DNA of 63,057 bases, counting the filler, from Octopus bimaculoides (taxonomy: Eukaryota): NCBI RefSeq assembly GCF_001194135.2. It is 5 parts of 5 records of this genome, joined end to end, with 100 filler letters (N's around TTAATTAATTAA, not from the genome) between each part and the next. Parts side by side here need not be neighbours in the genome. Positions count along the whole stretch, not along the records: positions 22,669 to 38,382 come from NC_068987.1; 4 more parts are not named here. One strand, 5' to 3'. The notes under the pieces are model-generated. The model was given only the letters and a program-made list of their open reading frames with translations, was not told where the DNA came from and ran no database searches. Within the stretch, counting starts at the first letter, position 1, and each line of letters begins with the position of its first letter. This document shows, one piece after another, positions 22,706 to 36,640 of this stretch. The position numbers and the translations under genes were made by a program.

Positions 22706-25700
22706 TCTCTCTCTATCATCTAAGCATTAACATAAACGTATAAAAGTTTTTAAAATGTTTCAAATAATAAGATTCACTCATAAAGCTCTATCTGACTTGT
22801 GCGATAACTTTGTTGAGATTTCAATAAAGTTGGTGCAACAATACAACGGAAAATAATTCTTTATTAGATTAGAAGCTATGATCACGGACGTAAGACAATG
22901 TTAACAGAAGGATGCGTATTCATGATCTGAGTGCCGAAAGCCGAGTACCTATTTCATTTGATCGGAAATAACGACATGACTCAATTTTATCACTTCACTA
23001 AATTTTGTACGTGATTTAGAAATATTTTTAGAACAGTTGTATAGATAATTGAAAACCTCAGAAACAATTGATTTAACGATTTCTTCACACTTTTTGAACC
23101 GGCATTGTGGCTTTCTAAACTTTGTAATCGAAATAACATACATGTCATTAATGGAACATTAGTGTACCAGAAATATCGATAATGCACCAATCACATATAG
23201 TTATTGTTTTCGATGTAACTAGAATGTTATATAGTTCAAATAATTTTAAGTTTCATGTATTTTATAGAAATTACCTGAACCCATTACCAAGACACTGCAT
23301 TAAATATCCTCTCAACTAAGCTAGCAATTAAGATGTTACTCGTTCTTGTATACAGCAAGTGAAGTTTATAACTAAACAGTATTTCCTTAACTCTCCGCTC
23401 ATATGAACTATTTGAAGATTCACTCCATTAAAATCAATAAGTGAAGCATAGTCATATAAGTTTGAGTAAAAAATAATTTCTAATAATTGACTGGTTATGA
23501 CTCTTAAGGCATTTAAACAAACACTCATCTCATTGATTGATCGATTGTTTGGTTAATCGATACAACAAATAATCAGTTAAATACTGCTACTTTTTCCGAA
23601 ACCTAATATACCTGTCCATAATTTAATCTCATTACGGAATGTTTGTTTTCTTTTTAATCATTTGAGATTTGATGTATAGTAAATATGAGTAGCGAAATTT
23701 TATATTGAATTATTGATGTATCATTGGCTTTGAAGAAAAAAGTTCAATAAAAACAATTAGTAACTTATTCGAATCGATTCCTTTTTAAAAACACTTTCTC
23801 TGTGTTTACTTTTTAAATCTAAATACTGAGTTAGCTTTTATATTTATTGTTTGAAGTATGGGGAAAAAAATCATTACAGCTAAAAGTAAAGTGTTGGTTG
23901 AACATAAGACTAAACTGTTTAGTGTTTTTTTTTCTTGGCTTCTGCATGTCAGCTTATACAATAGGGAACGTTACTTTATATAGTGAACAAATTGAAATGT
24001 CAAGCACTAAGAGTCAGTCAATCATGTGCTTGTGCCGAGAGAAATTAAATTAGTTGATGGGATAAGAAATAAAATTTTAATGAAGAAAACACTTCAAGCG
24101 GTATGTAATATTTAAAACACACATACACGCACGCACGTACACACATGACACTCCATCAACGCTATAGCTAGATCAGAAATGATCAACAGAATAAACAATA
24201 CTGTTTGAAGTTGCCAATAACAGTTTTGTTTTATCCATAAAATTCATCTAATTAGATGAAACCAATATAAGTATGAATGATTTTATATTGATTACTTATA
24301 TTGTGTAATGTGTAATTGATGATTAATACTAGTACTTACTTTATTACCTTTAGAGACATTAGGCAAAGCCAACATTTGTGTAATTTGAAAACTGTCATGA
24401 AACACGATACAAAACACTGGTATCCATTTAGTCTGGCGTTTAATTATTTTTGCAAAATACTTACACATATCTGCATTTCTAGATTATATGTTAGGTTTAA
24501 TCAAAGTTTAGGTTTCGAAACTAGCTTCCTAGACATCGGTTATATACCATAAACCCCTGCTTTGTTTTGTATGTATTTTCTGTCAGTACTTCTCGATCAC
24601 CATTTCTCCCCTCTATTTCTCTACCACTGCTATAAGAAAGCACGAAGTTAGGATATCGTTAGATTTTCCATTATATCACTGAAATATAGGTTTATTGAGT
24701 TAATAAGTTATTTAAACGTTATATTCAAGAGAAATTAAGGGTTTTGCGATATCGTGATATTCATAGCTTATCCAACATTATTAGCGGCATAAAAGAGCGC
24801 GAATATTTCCGAAGCACTATGGTCCATAAGAGTTGGTATCTATTTCCAGTGTATATTGTATTAAGTAGATGGCAGAAAAAATTCTATCGATATGTGTTGA
24901 TTCATCTCACTGGAGGTGTTGAACTGGGCACTGCACACGTAAAATTCCACTGCTTAGGACTGAGCTCAACAAAGTTTTCAACAAGTACGAGAACTTAATT
25001 TTACAGCTGCTGAGTACGGGACAACGTTGAGGTACAGATACGTAGGATATATATAAAGCAAGCTATATGCAGATGGTGACACTCTTATTTTTTTCGAATT
25101 AGCGACATGCAAGAAACTATATAAATCCAGTATGCAATGTACTTCAGTCTTTGACGAATAAACATACTGACAAAAAAGGTGTTTTGTAGTAGGTGAATCG
25201 AATGTAAGTTACACGTACAGAATATACTATTGTTCAAAACACAGTGAGATAAACGCTAAGTATATAATCGTGAACTGTTTAATTGCTCCATATTCTTAAA
25301 ATACTTTATACTTCAAATAATTACTGGAAATACAAATTCGTTTTGTCGATTGTGACATAAAAGATCGCAATGGTAGTCAACCTTTTCATGGAGGAAATCT
25401 ATGCCATAAATCACTGTATAAACAATAATTTCGAATTAATGGCACAGAAAGCGTATTAGACAATGATAACATCATAATTCTAGAAAACAATTTTTTCTGT
25501 AGACATGGTAGTAACTTAATCTAATCCAAAGATTTTTAGAGAAGCTTGTGTAATTTCACAATCTAATTGCAGTCAAAAATATTTCAAAAATTACATAAGC
25601 TTTTATTTTTTAATCTTACATGGAAGCCTTACTGACAGTACTATTTTTGAGAAAATTAGATTTGCAGACTACTAATACTAATCTATCTCAGTTAATTTGG

Positions 25701-28074
25701 AGTTGACTTCATTGCATACAACTGTAGAAATATTTTGAATGGAAAAGTTCAATGTAGATGCTGTTTAGAACAACTCATATAGGACTATGCTAAGTGTGTA
25801 CACACTCTACATATCTTTTGAAACTGAATAACCACGTAAGCCATTGTGATGTATCGCAGGAATGGAATATGTCACTCATTTATAACTTGACGATAAACAA
25901 TAGTGTTCGTAAGTACACTTTTAGTTCATGTACGTACGCATGCTAATGTGTGCAAGCATGCACATACCCTCCACTCTCTCATACTCACGTGCACATACAT
26001 ATAGCTAACTGTCGTCAATGTGTATGAATCATTGCACGCTAACAGTGAGTGATCGTATGTGCATGGCTATATACATATTTACGTGCTAGTAGTGTTCGTT
26101 TGAGCATCTCTCACTCTCTTGCAGACGCACACTTTTACATCGTGACAAATATTTTCTGCCACAGGAATTTTCCGTTAGCACTTTAATATCAGAGATTGTT
26201 TTTGTGCTGATTATCTTTTCAACTTGTTTTTCCCCCAGATTTATAGCATTGAAAGTTTTGAACAAAAAGGATGGGATTTGGACACAAAGCTTCCATCTCT
26301 GTGCAATGAAAGCCGATATTAAAACGTTTTTATTTTAACTATGAAAACTTGCTTTGTAGCATGGGAATACGACCACCAATTCCAGGAGACGAAGCGCTTG
26401 ATTTAAATTAGTTCTTGTTGCGTTGACTCAGTAAATTTGAAAGGCAAAATTGGTTTCGACTTAATTTGAATTCAGAATATAATGACACATTCGTCGATGA
26501 CAGGTCCTTACGTTTCCAGTTATGGGAAAATAAATGACAAAGTGTGTTGTGCAAAACGACTCATTGTGACCCAAAGAACAGAATTATATAAAACAATAAA
26601 AGAAAAAGAACGGTAATATAAATATCATTAACAGATGAGAATAGGACGCGAGAATAATCCGCCTGATTGCAAACGATTTAAGGCTTAATAAGTGTATGGG
26701 ATTACCGGCATCGAATAGGAAATTAAAAATAGACTCTCCAAGCTGATAAAAGCAGAGCAGGATTATTAATTTCAAATCTGACATTAAGAAAATCTCCCCT
26801 GAAAGTGAAATGCAAATGTATATCTCAAGAATGTGAAGTAGTTGATGTACAGTTGAGCACGTAGTCTCATGGAGTCCAATAGTAGCAAACATAACACTTT
26901 CTACTGAGGAAACAAGGATCTGAAATTTTAGAAGAGGTGCATAGTCGACTAATACTTATTCTATCGACTCCAAAAAGACAAAGTTGGCCTCAGCGAAATT
27001 TGAACTCAGAACGAACAGCCGGAAGAAATGCCGCTAAACATTTTATGTGGCGTGCTAATGATTGCGTCAGCTCACTCACAGTCTTACAATAGTTGTAAAA
27101 ATAATGCAATGTACTCTCGAAGGCAAATATGTTGAGGTGGGATAATGAAATTTGGACTATAAATACTAATGATATCGCGGAGATGATAGGAAGTGAAAAG
27201 TTAGGATGGAAACTACAAACCATATTGAAATATCCTCAGGCAATAATTATGTCCAAGATATCAAAAAATAGGGCAGCAAAGTAGCACAGAAATTCTCTGA
27301 AAATTACTGTTATATCCAGAAACCTACCCGACTTTAGTGTTGCAGAATTACCTACGTATAAGAATCTAAACCAGGGAGAGTATACAAATGCTACTTGTTC
27401 TGTAACGAAGACACAAGACTTTAGGGGTTTTTTTTTCAGGACTTGAAAAACAAAGGAGTCTCTCAACTAAAGACTAGAAGGCACAGTGTGAAATTGATCG
27501 ATCCCATAAAGAGAAAAGCAAAGTAGATATCAAATGGATTTGATTTTAGAATGTATACAAACGTAATTTAAGATTGCGATTAAATGATGAGGAATTTCAA
27601 CAATGAAAATAAAAATAATGAAGATCGTACAAATCTTTCAGATGCAATCATTATATTTGAAAATGATAATAGAGGTAGCTACAGAAAAAGATCACCGATT
27701 TCATTTTTGGAGAGAAAAAGAGACGTGTATGTAAGTGTAAAAGAATAAATGACCTGTTACTTATTAACAAGATAGTATCAGATTTAGTAAAGTACCTGCT
27801 ATATGGCCGGATTAGTTATAAAAAGCACTTGATTAAATTCTATATGGTTGGATCCTCTGTATTTTGTGCACAAATTGTGTGGTATCATCGTCAATTTCTT
27901 TAAAACAATAAAAGCCGATAATTATTTCTTACTGTATAAAGAAAGACAACACTCGACATACGCCACGTGGTAACTCAATGATTAAGGGTATGTGGTTTTA
28001 GTATTTGTCTAATAGCTAATAGTTAAAAGCGTATTGCCTACTACCTACCACCTTGGATGGGTGCACATTGGGAA

Positions 28075-28480
28075 AAATGCTTAGCGGCCATTTCGACCGT
28101 CTTTACGTTGAGTTCAAATCCCCGCAAAGTCGACTTTGTCTTTCATCGTTTCAGGCTCGATAAAATAAGTAGCAGCCAAGTACTGGGGCCGATGTAATCG
28201 ACTTCCCCCTCCCCTAAAAAACCCATGCCCGATACCAAAATTTGAAACCATTATTATTATTATTAATGCGACGAGTTAGTAGAAACTTTAGATCGTAGTG
28301 GAAATACTTAGCAACATTTCCTCGGCTCGATAGTGTTCAACTCGCGCTGAAGACAATTTTGCTTTCCATCGTTTCAGCATCGATAAAATAAAGTACCAGT
28401 CAAATACCAGGGTTGATGTAATCGACTAACCTGCTCACCCTAAAATTGCAGGCTTTTTAAAAAATTGGAAATATTATAAT
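28075..28480 (+). repeat. Two degenerate family-A SINE monomers in tandem
   Basis: AAATGCTTAGC...GAGTTCAAAT...GATGTAATCGACT repeated, joined by (TTA)n. Confidence 0.7.
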
Positions 28481-29009
28481 TCTTCACTCTGGACGCTGAA
28501 TATGTTGCTTATAACTCGTTCCGGAAGAAAACCGACGTTGCTGAATGGAGCAATTTTTTTAGCAGAAGCACTCGCTTACTGGTAAGTTAAAAAAAACTAT
28601 TTGAATTTTCTTCCTAGAAAGGTTGTCAAATTAAATCAATAGTGCTTATGCTTTATCTTATATATCACTGATATAAAAAGGCAACGGAGATTTCTAGCTT
28701 CGTCTATAAAATGTCCCAAACAGAAAACAAATAAAAAGTAGAAAACTATTTTAATTGCAACTACGAACTGAAAAAAGACATACATATTTTAACATCGGAC
28801 TTAAATATATTAAAGTAGAAATATTGTAAACTACAACGAGAGCAACATTAGGAACGGTATACATTCAGTACTGCAATTGTAAATATGAAGAATTGAAAAG
28901 TATCTTTCACAAACGTTCTTTCGAGCGTTAAAAACATCTCGATATAGAACCTCGCTTGGCTGATTTTTGTACATATGACAAGCACCATAGAAATTCGTGA
29001 GAAGACGAA

Positions 29010-29705
29010 AGTAACATTATATTATCTTACAAAAAGCCAAAGCAGATTTTTTTTCTCGGCTTATTTGGAGCATGTCTTTCATCATTTTGCTTTGTTGATC
29101 TTTCTTCTGTTCTTGAATCCTCCCACGATCCAGTAAATTTTGGGGCATCTCTTGCTGCCGATATTATTCTTTCTTCACTACGTGCCATATAATTTTTCAA
29201 CTTCATTATCACAGTACTAACGCGTTTAATAACCTCTGTCTCATTCCTTTTTTTGGTAAGTACAGTCTGATGGTATTACTTTTAGGGTGCGTGTTGCATT
29301 ATGCGTCGCATGTAGTTCTGTAGCTCGACCTTTGTCCATTTCAGAAAGGGAGAAGAGTATCTTAATACTGGTACAGCCCATGTATTTATTGCTTTAATAA
29401 TATTCCCTCCACTTAATTTTGTTTTGAGCAGCTTCCTAATTCTTCCCTTGAACTCTTTCATTTCTTGTATTTTCCTATCAACTTTGAACATCTCTACTTG
29501 TTTCCATCCCCCATTAATTCACAGCGATGTTGTGATGATTTTATGCCATGAAAGTTTATCTTGCGGCCTCTCATCATAATATGACTGCACACTCATTTAC
29601 TTTAATCTGCATTCTAATATCCTTGCTGAATTCTCTTGCTGTTTGGATTAGAGAATCCAGGTCTTTCTTATACTTTTGCATATAGTCTGAAAGCTTAAAG
29701 AGAAG
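29010..29705 (-). mobile_element. R4/Dong-type non-LTR retrotransposon fragment (late RT and thumb)
   Basis: Minus fragments KKDLDSLIQTAREFSKDIRMQ, KGRIRKLLKTKLSGGNIIKAINTWAVPVLRYS and KLKNYMARSEERIISAARD. Confidence 0.8.
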
Positions 29706-31613
29706 TCACACTATTTTCCCAGATTCAACATGAACAACAACGAAAATCCCCAATTCACCAAGACCAACCGCGACAACAACAAAATCATCAAGACTAACGG
29801 AGTCAACAACAACAACAACAACAACAGACAGTGACTAACAGAAAAGTAAGATTGACAATAACAACGATAACAGCAGCAACAGCAACAATAGTCGCCAGAA
29901 CAGCAACACCACCAGGTCATTTACACAAAATCAGACACATAGTTTGCTAACCGAACGCAAGACCGGATTGATTTAATAGTGGAAGACAACACAGAGTTCA
30001 ACTGAAAAGTCTGGCAATGATTATCTAGGCTAGACCTATTCGTGATTCTCCAGAAAGAGAAATGTAACATTAGAAAAACCACCACTTATAAATGAATAAA
30101 GAGAACAATTTAGAATTGATAATTCAACACGAGCAGAAGCAGAGATGTAATAAAGTACGTTCAGGAATCAATATGGTATGTGAAAAAAAGAAAGCATTAT
30201 AGGGTGGACAAATGATGAGCTGCAATAGAGGAAGGTTAAAGAGATTAGCAGCAGAAAAACACGCCTTACAAACGGAGACTACTCCTGCTCGCCGACCTTC
30301 ACTGTGAATCAATTATCATTGGTAACGTGTTTGGTAATATTGGAGTTATTGCTTCTTTTCGATTTCGAGTTGTATACACACTGAGATATTTTCGAATTCT
30401 ATACTTGCAATATTTCGGTAACAAGGATCGGATCGGCAACCAGAATATATTTTCATGCCGATCTTTAAGTTATATTTGGCCGATCCGCTTCCCCTTTTAT
30501 CTTTTTAGGCGTGTCTACGATAATATTGCACACCAGGTTGTGATGCTTACTTATATATACTTATTTTCAATTTTCGTGTGAAAATGCCAGCGCAGTGTCC
30601 AATATACATAAATTTAACTACGATGGTAAGCATGTGAATATATTACTCTTGAAAGGACTGTGCAGCCCGAATTAAAGTGACCTATTGTTTCTTTTGTGCT
30701 GATAGCAGAGCCTACGGCTGATAATGACCATTTATTTCATAATGTAATACGTGTTTGGTAAGGCAATTCATTCATCTTGTGTCACTGAGAAAGCAGATCA
30801 TAGGTTTCCGACTTATGAGGTTTTCAAGCAGTATTGGCTCTCATATTTGCTGATTTGTTTTTGCAGGGCGTTGTAAATATCGGCCTTCGAGAGTTAAATT
30901 TTCAACATGTTGATGCAATCATTTCTATTTTCAATAAGATACCAGTTAAGTGCAGAAGTCGATGCTTTCAACTAACCCACTTTCCTCAGAACTGCTGGCC
31001 TTATATCTAAATAAGAAATCATTATCGTTTCTATTGCGTTATTAATATTTAGACACGTTTAATTTTCAGAGTAATTAATTTCTAGTTAATGCTTAACTGT
31101 CTCCTTAAATATAGCCCAAGTGCAATTGTAACCTTTATTATTCCCTTTCAAAACAAATTAATCTTTCTCTACTAACCACGAAGAATTTTTCTTTAAACAT
31201 TGTTGTTACTTTGCAATATCTCTATTTATAAGAAAACCATTTCTTCTTCGATTACAGGTTAAATATTATATCCAGTCTATATCGGTTTTAGAGTAGTGCT
31301 TTAGCATTGCAATGGATATATTTCTAGTTTTCATTTGTAGGTACTTCAGCTGACTTAATGTCCGGATAATTTTATTTAACATGTAGTTTAGGACTAATAT
31401 GTCTAATGTATTTATCTATCGGTCTCTTATTGTTGATATTGAGTTCGGTTTTTAATATTATTTCTGATTATTTGGCAGTAGGCTTATGTATATTTTCTCC
31501 TTCACATTAGCTAACAGTTGCATTATATTCTAAGCAATTGCCAAGGTAATTCTATTTTCATTTAGGTTTCCGAACATATCGTGATTTTAGCTCTTGTTGT
31601 CAGTATAGGTAAG

Positions 31614-31614
31614 A

Positions 31615-31671
<57 letters not shown>
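31614..31671. repeat. (TAA)n microsatellite directly upstream of the R4/Dong-type element
   Basis: Directly visible. Confidence 0.97.
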
Positions 31672-31673
<2 letters not shown>

Positions 31674-33920
31674 CAATAATAAAACTCAAGAACACATACA
31701 TATAAAATATGGAAGAAAAATAACCTAAATAAAGACTTGGATACAGCTATGAACCCTAATAAACTAGATAACATACGAAGATATATTCTCAAAGCCAAAA
31801 AATATCAGAAATAGAAATAGTACAATTAAAAGGAAAAGTACACCAGGAAAATGTAGATAGTAGCCACGCAACAATGCCAAATAATATAAACACTGAGATA
31901 GTAAAACACGAAGACAAACGTAATATTTCCACCAAAAACGAAGTAAACAAAAAACAACAAACCCAGACCGTAGAGATGTATAATAATGTACAAAAAGCAC
32001 CAATCCAGAACACCACAGACAAACATACTAATGAAAAAGAAGGCGAATGGACCACAGATTATACCGCCTAAAAATCAAAATAGAAAATAAAACAACAACA
32101 ATAATAAAGAGCATAAACCTGGCCGTCACGGAACTAATAGCCACAGAAACAATAGGCAATATCACTAAGCTAAATGACATAATATATGCAGCAGCCACTG
32201 CAGCCACAAAAGAAGCAGGATACTCCCTCAAACCCATCCAAACAGGAGTTCTACCACCCAAACAGACCTTGTGGATAAATAATATCCAAAACAAAATTTA
32301 AAAAAAAGAGAAAAGATCTATCGATTCTCAACGAAATTAGTAGACAATCAACACAACTAAGTAACAAGAAGAAAAAAAATACTGTATAAATGCAACATTA
32401 CAGAAAAAGATTTACCTGAGGCAAAAGAAAAGCTAACGCAAGATATACTTGCCAAAGCACAAAGGATACACCGGTATGAGAAACGCCAACGTTCAAATCC
32501 AACCCCCAAAAATTCTACCAAGAACTTGGTAAAAATGAAATAGACATTACTGCAGCACCAACAGCAGAAGAAGTGGAAGTAGTTTGGAAAGAAATATGGT
32601 CGGTGAAGCAACAACCTCAGAAAAGGACTATTAAAACAACGAACTTAGCACCTCGGTGAAGCAACAACCTCAGAAAAGGACAATTAAAACAACGAATTTA
32701 GCACCTGAGCAACTCTGGACCCCCATAACAACTGAAGAGGTCACCCAGGCACTACAAAGACTAAGCAACTGGAAGGCACCTGGGCACGACAAGATCCCCA
32801 ACTTCAAGTTAAAATATTTGCCAGGAATGCACAAAAAGCTGGCTGAAAACTTTAACAACATACTAACAGAGCTAGAGACAATGCCTGAATGTCTCACGAA
32901 AGGGAAAACCATCTTAATTCCCAAATCCTCGGAAACGGAAAAACCACAAAACTACAGACCTATAACCTGTCTCCCTACAATCTACAAAGCCTTTACTGCA
33001 ATAATATCGCAAAGATTGAGTAAGCACCTGGAAGATAACAACCTGTTTCCAGAAGAGAAGGAGGGATGCTGCAAGGGCTCATATGGCTGTAAAGATCAAT
33101 TAATGATCAATAAAGCCATAACTGAAGACAGCCGCAGAAAGAAAAAGGCCTCAGTATGGCCTGGATCGACTACCGAAAGGCTTTTGGTAGTGTTCCCCAC
33201 AAGTGGATCCTCGAAACACTAGCCATAAACAAGGTGGCACGAATAATTATAAAATACATAAGCCACTCTATGAATAAATGGCAGACAGTGCTACAACACC
33301 AAACAAAAGAGGAACTCGTGAAAACGAAAGCCATCCCCATTAGAAGAGGAATATACCAGGGAGACACGCTCTCTCCACTCCTGTTCTGCCTGGCACTCAC
33401 ACCTTTAACTGAATTGCTAAATAGAACTGGATGCGGATACAAATGTTACGGCGAAACAATCAACCACCTTTTATATATGGATGACCTAAAATTATACGCT
33501 AGAAATGATAAAGAGTTAGAAACACTACTACAGACAGTACATGGATTTACCAAAGAAATAGATATGAAATTTGGATTAGAAAAATGTGCCAAAGTAACCC
33601 TGAAAAGAGGGAAACTAGTTAAGAGTAGCAACATCACACTAAATAAAGCCAATGAAATAAGAGAATTAGATCAAAGCCAGCCATACAAATATTTAGGAAT
33701 CAATGAACTAGATAGGATAAAACACACACAAATGAAAGAGAAAATAAAGAAAGAATGCTATAGACGAGTTAGATCAATACTAAAAACAGAGCTCAATGCT
33801 AAAAACAAGATAATAGGTATTAAAACTTTAGCCGTCCCAGTTATAAGTTACAGCTACAATATCCTTAACTGGACACTAAACGAACTATCTAAAACAGACA
33901 GGAAAGCAAGAAAAATAATG
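31672..33920 (+). mobile_element. R4/Dong-type (restriction-like endonuclease clade) LINE, frameshifted, 3' part missing
   Basis: KAPGHDKIPNF...NYRPITCLPTIYK...KGSYGCKDQLMIN / MAWIDYRKAFGSVPHKW...GIYQGDTLSPLLFCLAL...HLLYMDDLKLYA...LAVPVISYS; no AP endonuclease upstream of the RT. Confidence 0.9.
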
Positions 33921-33971
33921 AAGCAAGAAATATAATGAAGCAAGAAAAATAATGAAGCAAGAACAATAAGA

Positions 33972-36330
33972 GTGTGAGAGTGTAGCAAACGAATTAGCAC
34001 TAAAAAAACGAATCAGCGCTAAAAAACAAAACAAAAATAATACAGTCGACGACTGTATTTTTGTTGAAAGAAAGAACAAAAAAGACACCAGGGCCAATTT
34101 GTTTGGAGAAAAATCTTTTAGATCTTCGGAAAAACAATGGGTCCGTTTTCGAAATAAAATAGCAATTTCGAAAATGTAAACAATGAAAGCCCTTTCGTGA
34201 GCGAAGCAATGTATGATGCGAATACAAATAACAACAACACCAGCAACAGCAGTATCAACAACAGCAACAAAAGCAACAACAACAATGATAAAAACGAAGG
34301 AACTGAGAAACAATCCGGTACAACGATTTGGAATAGCTCTTCTAAATGTTCTTTTACTGGAGCAGCGAAGTCATCCCTCCAAACAAAGCCAAGTAAGTTT
34401 TCCTTTTCATTTCTTTCCTTTTATCGACAACATGGTCGTGTACAGAATATGCAGCGTGAATGTACGTGACCTTGGGTCATCTTCTCAACGACCTTAGGGC
34501 ACTGAATATCGATGTGGTGGCCTTTAGTGAAACCAGAACCTCCGACCCATTTTCGGTGATTTTGAGTTGTACGCATCTCTAAGTCGTTCGGGAGCTGGAG
34601 GTGAAGTCGCCGTGATGGTTCGGAACAATCTGGATCATGCAATAAGGACAATCTTCCTGGATCCGGAAGGTAAGCCGGTAGTGCTGGACGGGACAAAGAG
34701 TGAAGTAAATACTTTCACGCTACTTGCCGTCTATGCTCCGACAGGGGCAGGACGATCAGATTTCTTTAGCGTAGGAGATTGGAATGGAGTTTTAGATGTA
34801 AGGTGGGACTATGTAGGTTTAGCAGATAGGAGAGGAGGGTGCAAAAGCCTCGCAAACCTGTTCAAATGATACCAAGTGTCTAACAAGTATCGACTGGATT
34901 TCCCGGATGTGCCAGCGTGGACCTGGTCAAACCGCATCAGATCATTCAGATTGTATCTAGATAGGGTATTCTATAGAATAGCAGATAAAGATAGCATAGG
35001 CTGTCCATAATTTAAATTAGTCTACTTCATACCACAAATTAATGAGTTGTGTAGTCGACTTAGATAGGCTTCATAGACAGACAACCGGTTTCTGGAATCT
35101 GAACACGTCGCTGCCGGCGCGTAAAGATTTCAGTGACCGGATTAATGAACTAGTTAAGAGAGCAATAATTAACAATAAATGGTGGTTCGTTCTGAAAAGG
35201 GCAATTAGAAAAGAATCGATAAATTTAGCAAAGGAGTAGCAGTAGAAAGAAACAGAGTAGTAGCAGGGCTAGTCAAAAAGTTAGACAAGGCTTTTAGAAA
35301 AGGCACCGCGACCGACTTGCTCGACTAATTCTTCAACGCGAAACACGAAGGTTGCATTGTCAGAGCTAAGGCATGAGCACTTAGAAACAAAGGGGTGAAA
35401 GCCGTTTGATGGGCCCGAGTGACAGAGGCACAGCGTGGAAATAAATCCACGACCTGCCGGACCACGACGGGCAAATGTTAATTGGTCCGAGATAGATGTG
35501 TGAAGCCTTTCAGCAGCGCTTCGTTCAACTGTTCGATCAGCGGTGAACCGGTCGCAGGATGGATTTCATGTGCTACCTCGACTGACACGGCTCTCGACGA
35601 CAGAGGCTGAGCGCTGCGAAAGTCTGATAACAGACTTTGAAATACGGGAAGTAATGGCTAACTGCACGAGGGGTAAATCGCCTGGTTTGGATGGTCTGCC
35701 CTACGAGCTTTTAGCTTACATTCCAGACTTGTTCGGTGACCTCTTAGCAAACGTTTACTGCAACTGATAACAGAATGAGAGAATGTCGGTGAGAAAAGAA
35801 CCGAACAATGGAGATTGTATTGGAAACTTTAGGCTCAAAACTTGACGAAATGCAGAGGTCAAACTTTTGACTAAGGTGTTAGCTACGAAGTTGGTCCTTT
35901 TCGTCGGGGATCTGGTAGGGGAGCACAGACATGTGCCACTCCGTAAAGATCCATCCACGACAATCTCCACCTCATGCCATACATCATTGACAAAGTTGCT
36001 AAAGAACCTGGCAGAAGTCGGGCCCTGATCAATTTAGATCAGTCTGAAGCTTTTGATAGAATCGACGAACTGTACCTGGCGGCGGTCTTCAAGGTAGCTG
36101 GTTTCGAGCTTATATTTAAGGGCTGGATCGCTGTAATGCATAACGACATCTGTTCAGTAGTCAGAGTGAACAGTCACCTCTCAGCCGTTCAACATCATAC
36201 GCTCGGTCCGGTAAGGTTTCCCCTCTCGTCTCTTGTGTATGTACTGACTCTCGAACCGCTACTACACAAGCTCGAGGCGTTCACAGGCATCCCACGTGGG
36301 ATAAGATGTGGAAAATCGTATGCCACATCT
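33972..36330 (+). mobile_element. Decayed Tx1/L1-clade LINE (probable ORF1 remnant, AP endonuclease, RT)
   Basis: MVVYRICSVNVRDLG...DVVAFSETR...LLAVYAPT...VGDWNGVLD...WTWSN...LDRVF...GFWNLNTSL, then KSPGLDGLPYE and ALINLDQSEAFDRID...FPLSSLVYVLTLEPLL; many stops and frameshifts. Confidence 0.88.
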
Positions 36331-36465
36331 TATGTGGGATATGATGTGGAAACATTTGCCGTAACCTATCTTTTATACCAAGATAAAACATGTACATGAT
36401 AACACTTACAAATCAGTTAAGATCAGAAGCCATGAGAATCAGTGCCTGGTACTGCATCAGGGCAT

Positions 36466-36553
36466 TCTTCTTCTTCTTCTCCTTCTTCTTCTCCTTCTTC
36501 TTCTCCTTCTTCTTCTCCTTCTTCTTCTCCTTCTTCTTCTTCTTCTTCTTCTT

Positions 36554-36618
<65 letters not shown>

Positions 36619-36640
36619 CATTATTATTACTATTATTATT
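36466..36640. repeat. (TTC/CTC)n followed by (TTA)n microsatellite
   Basis: Directly visible. Confidence 0.97.
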
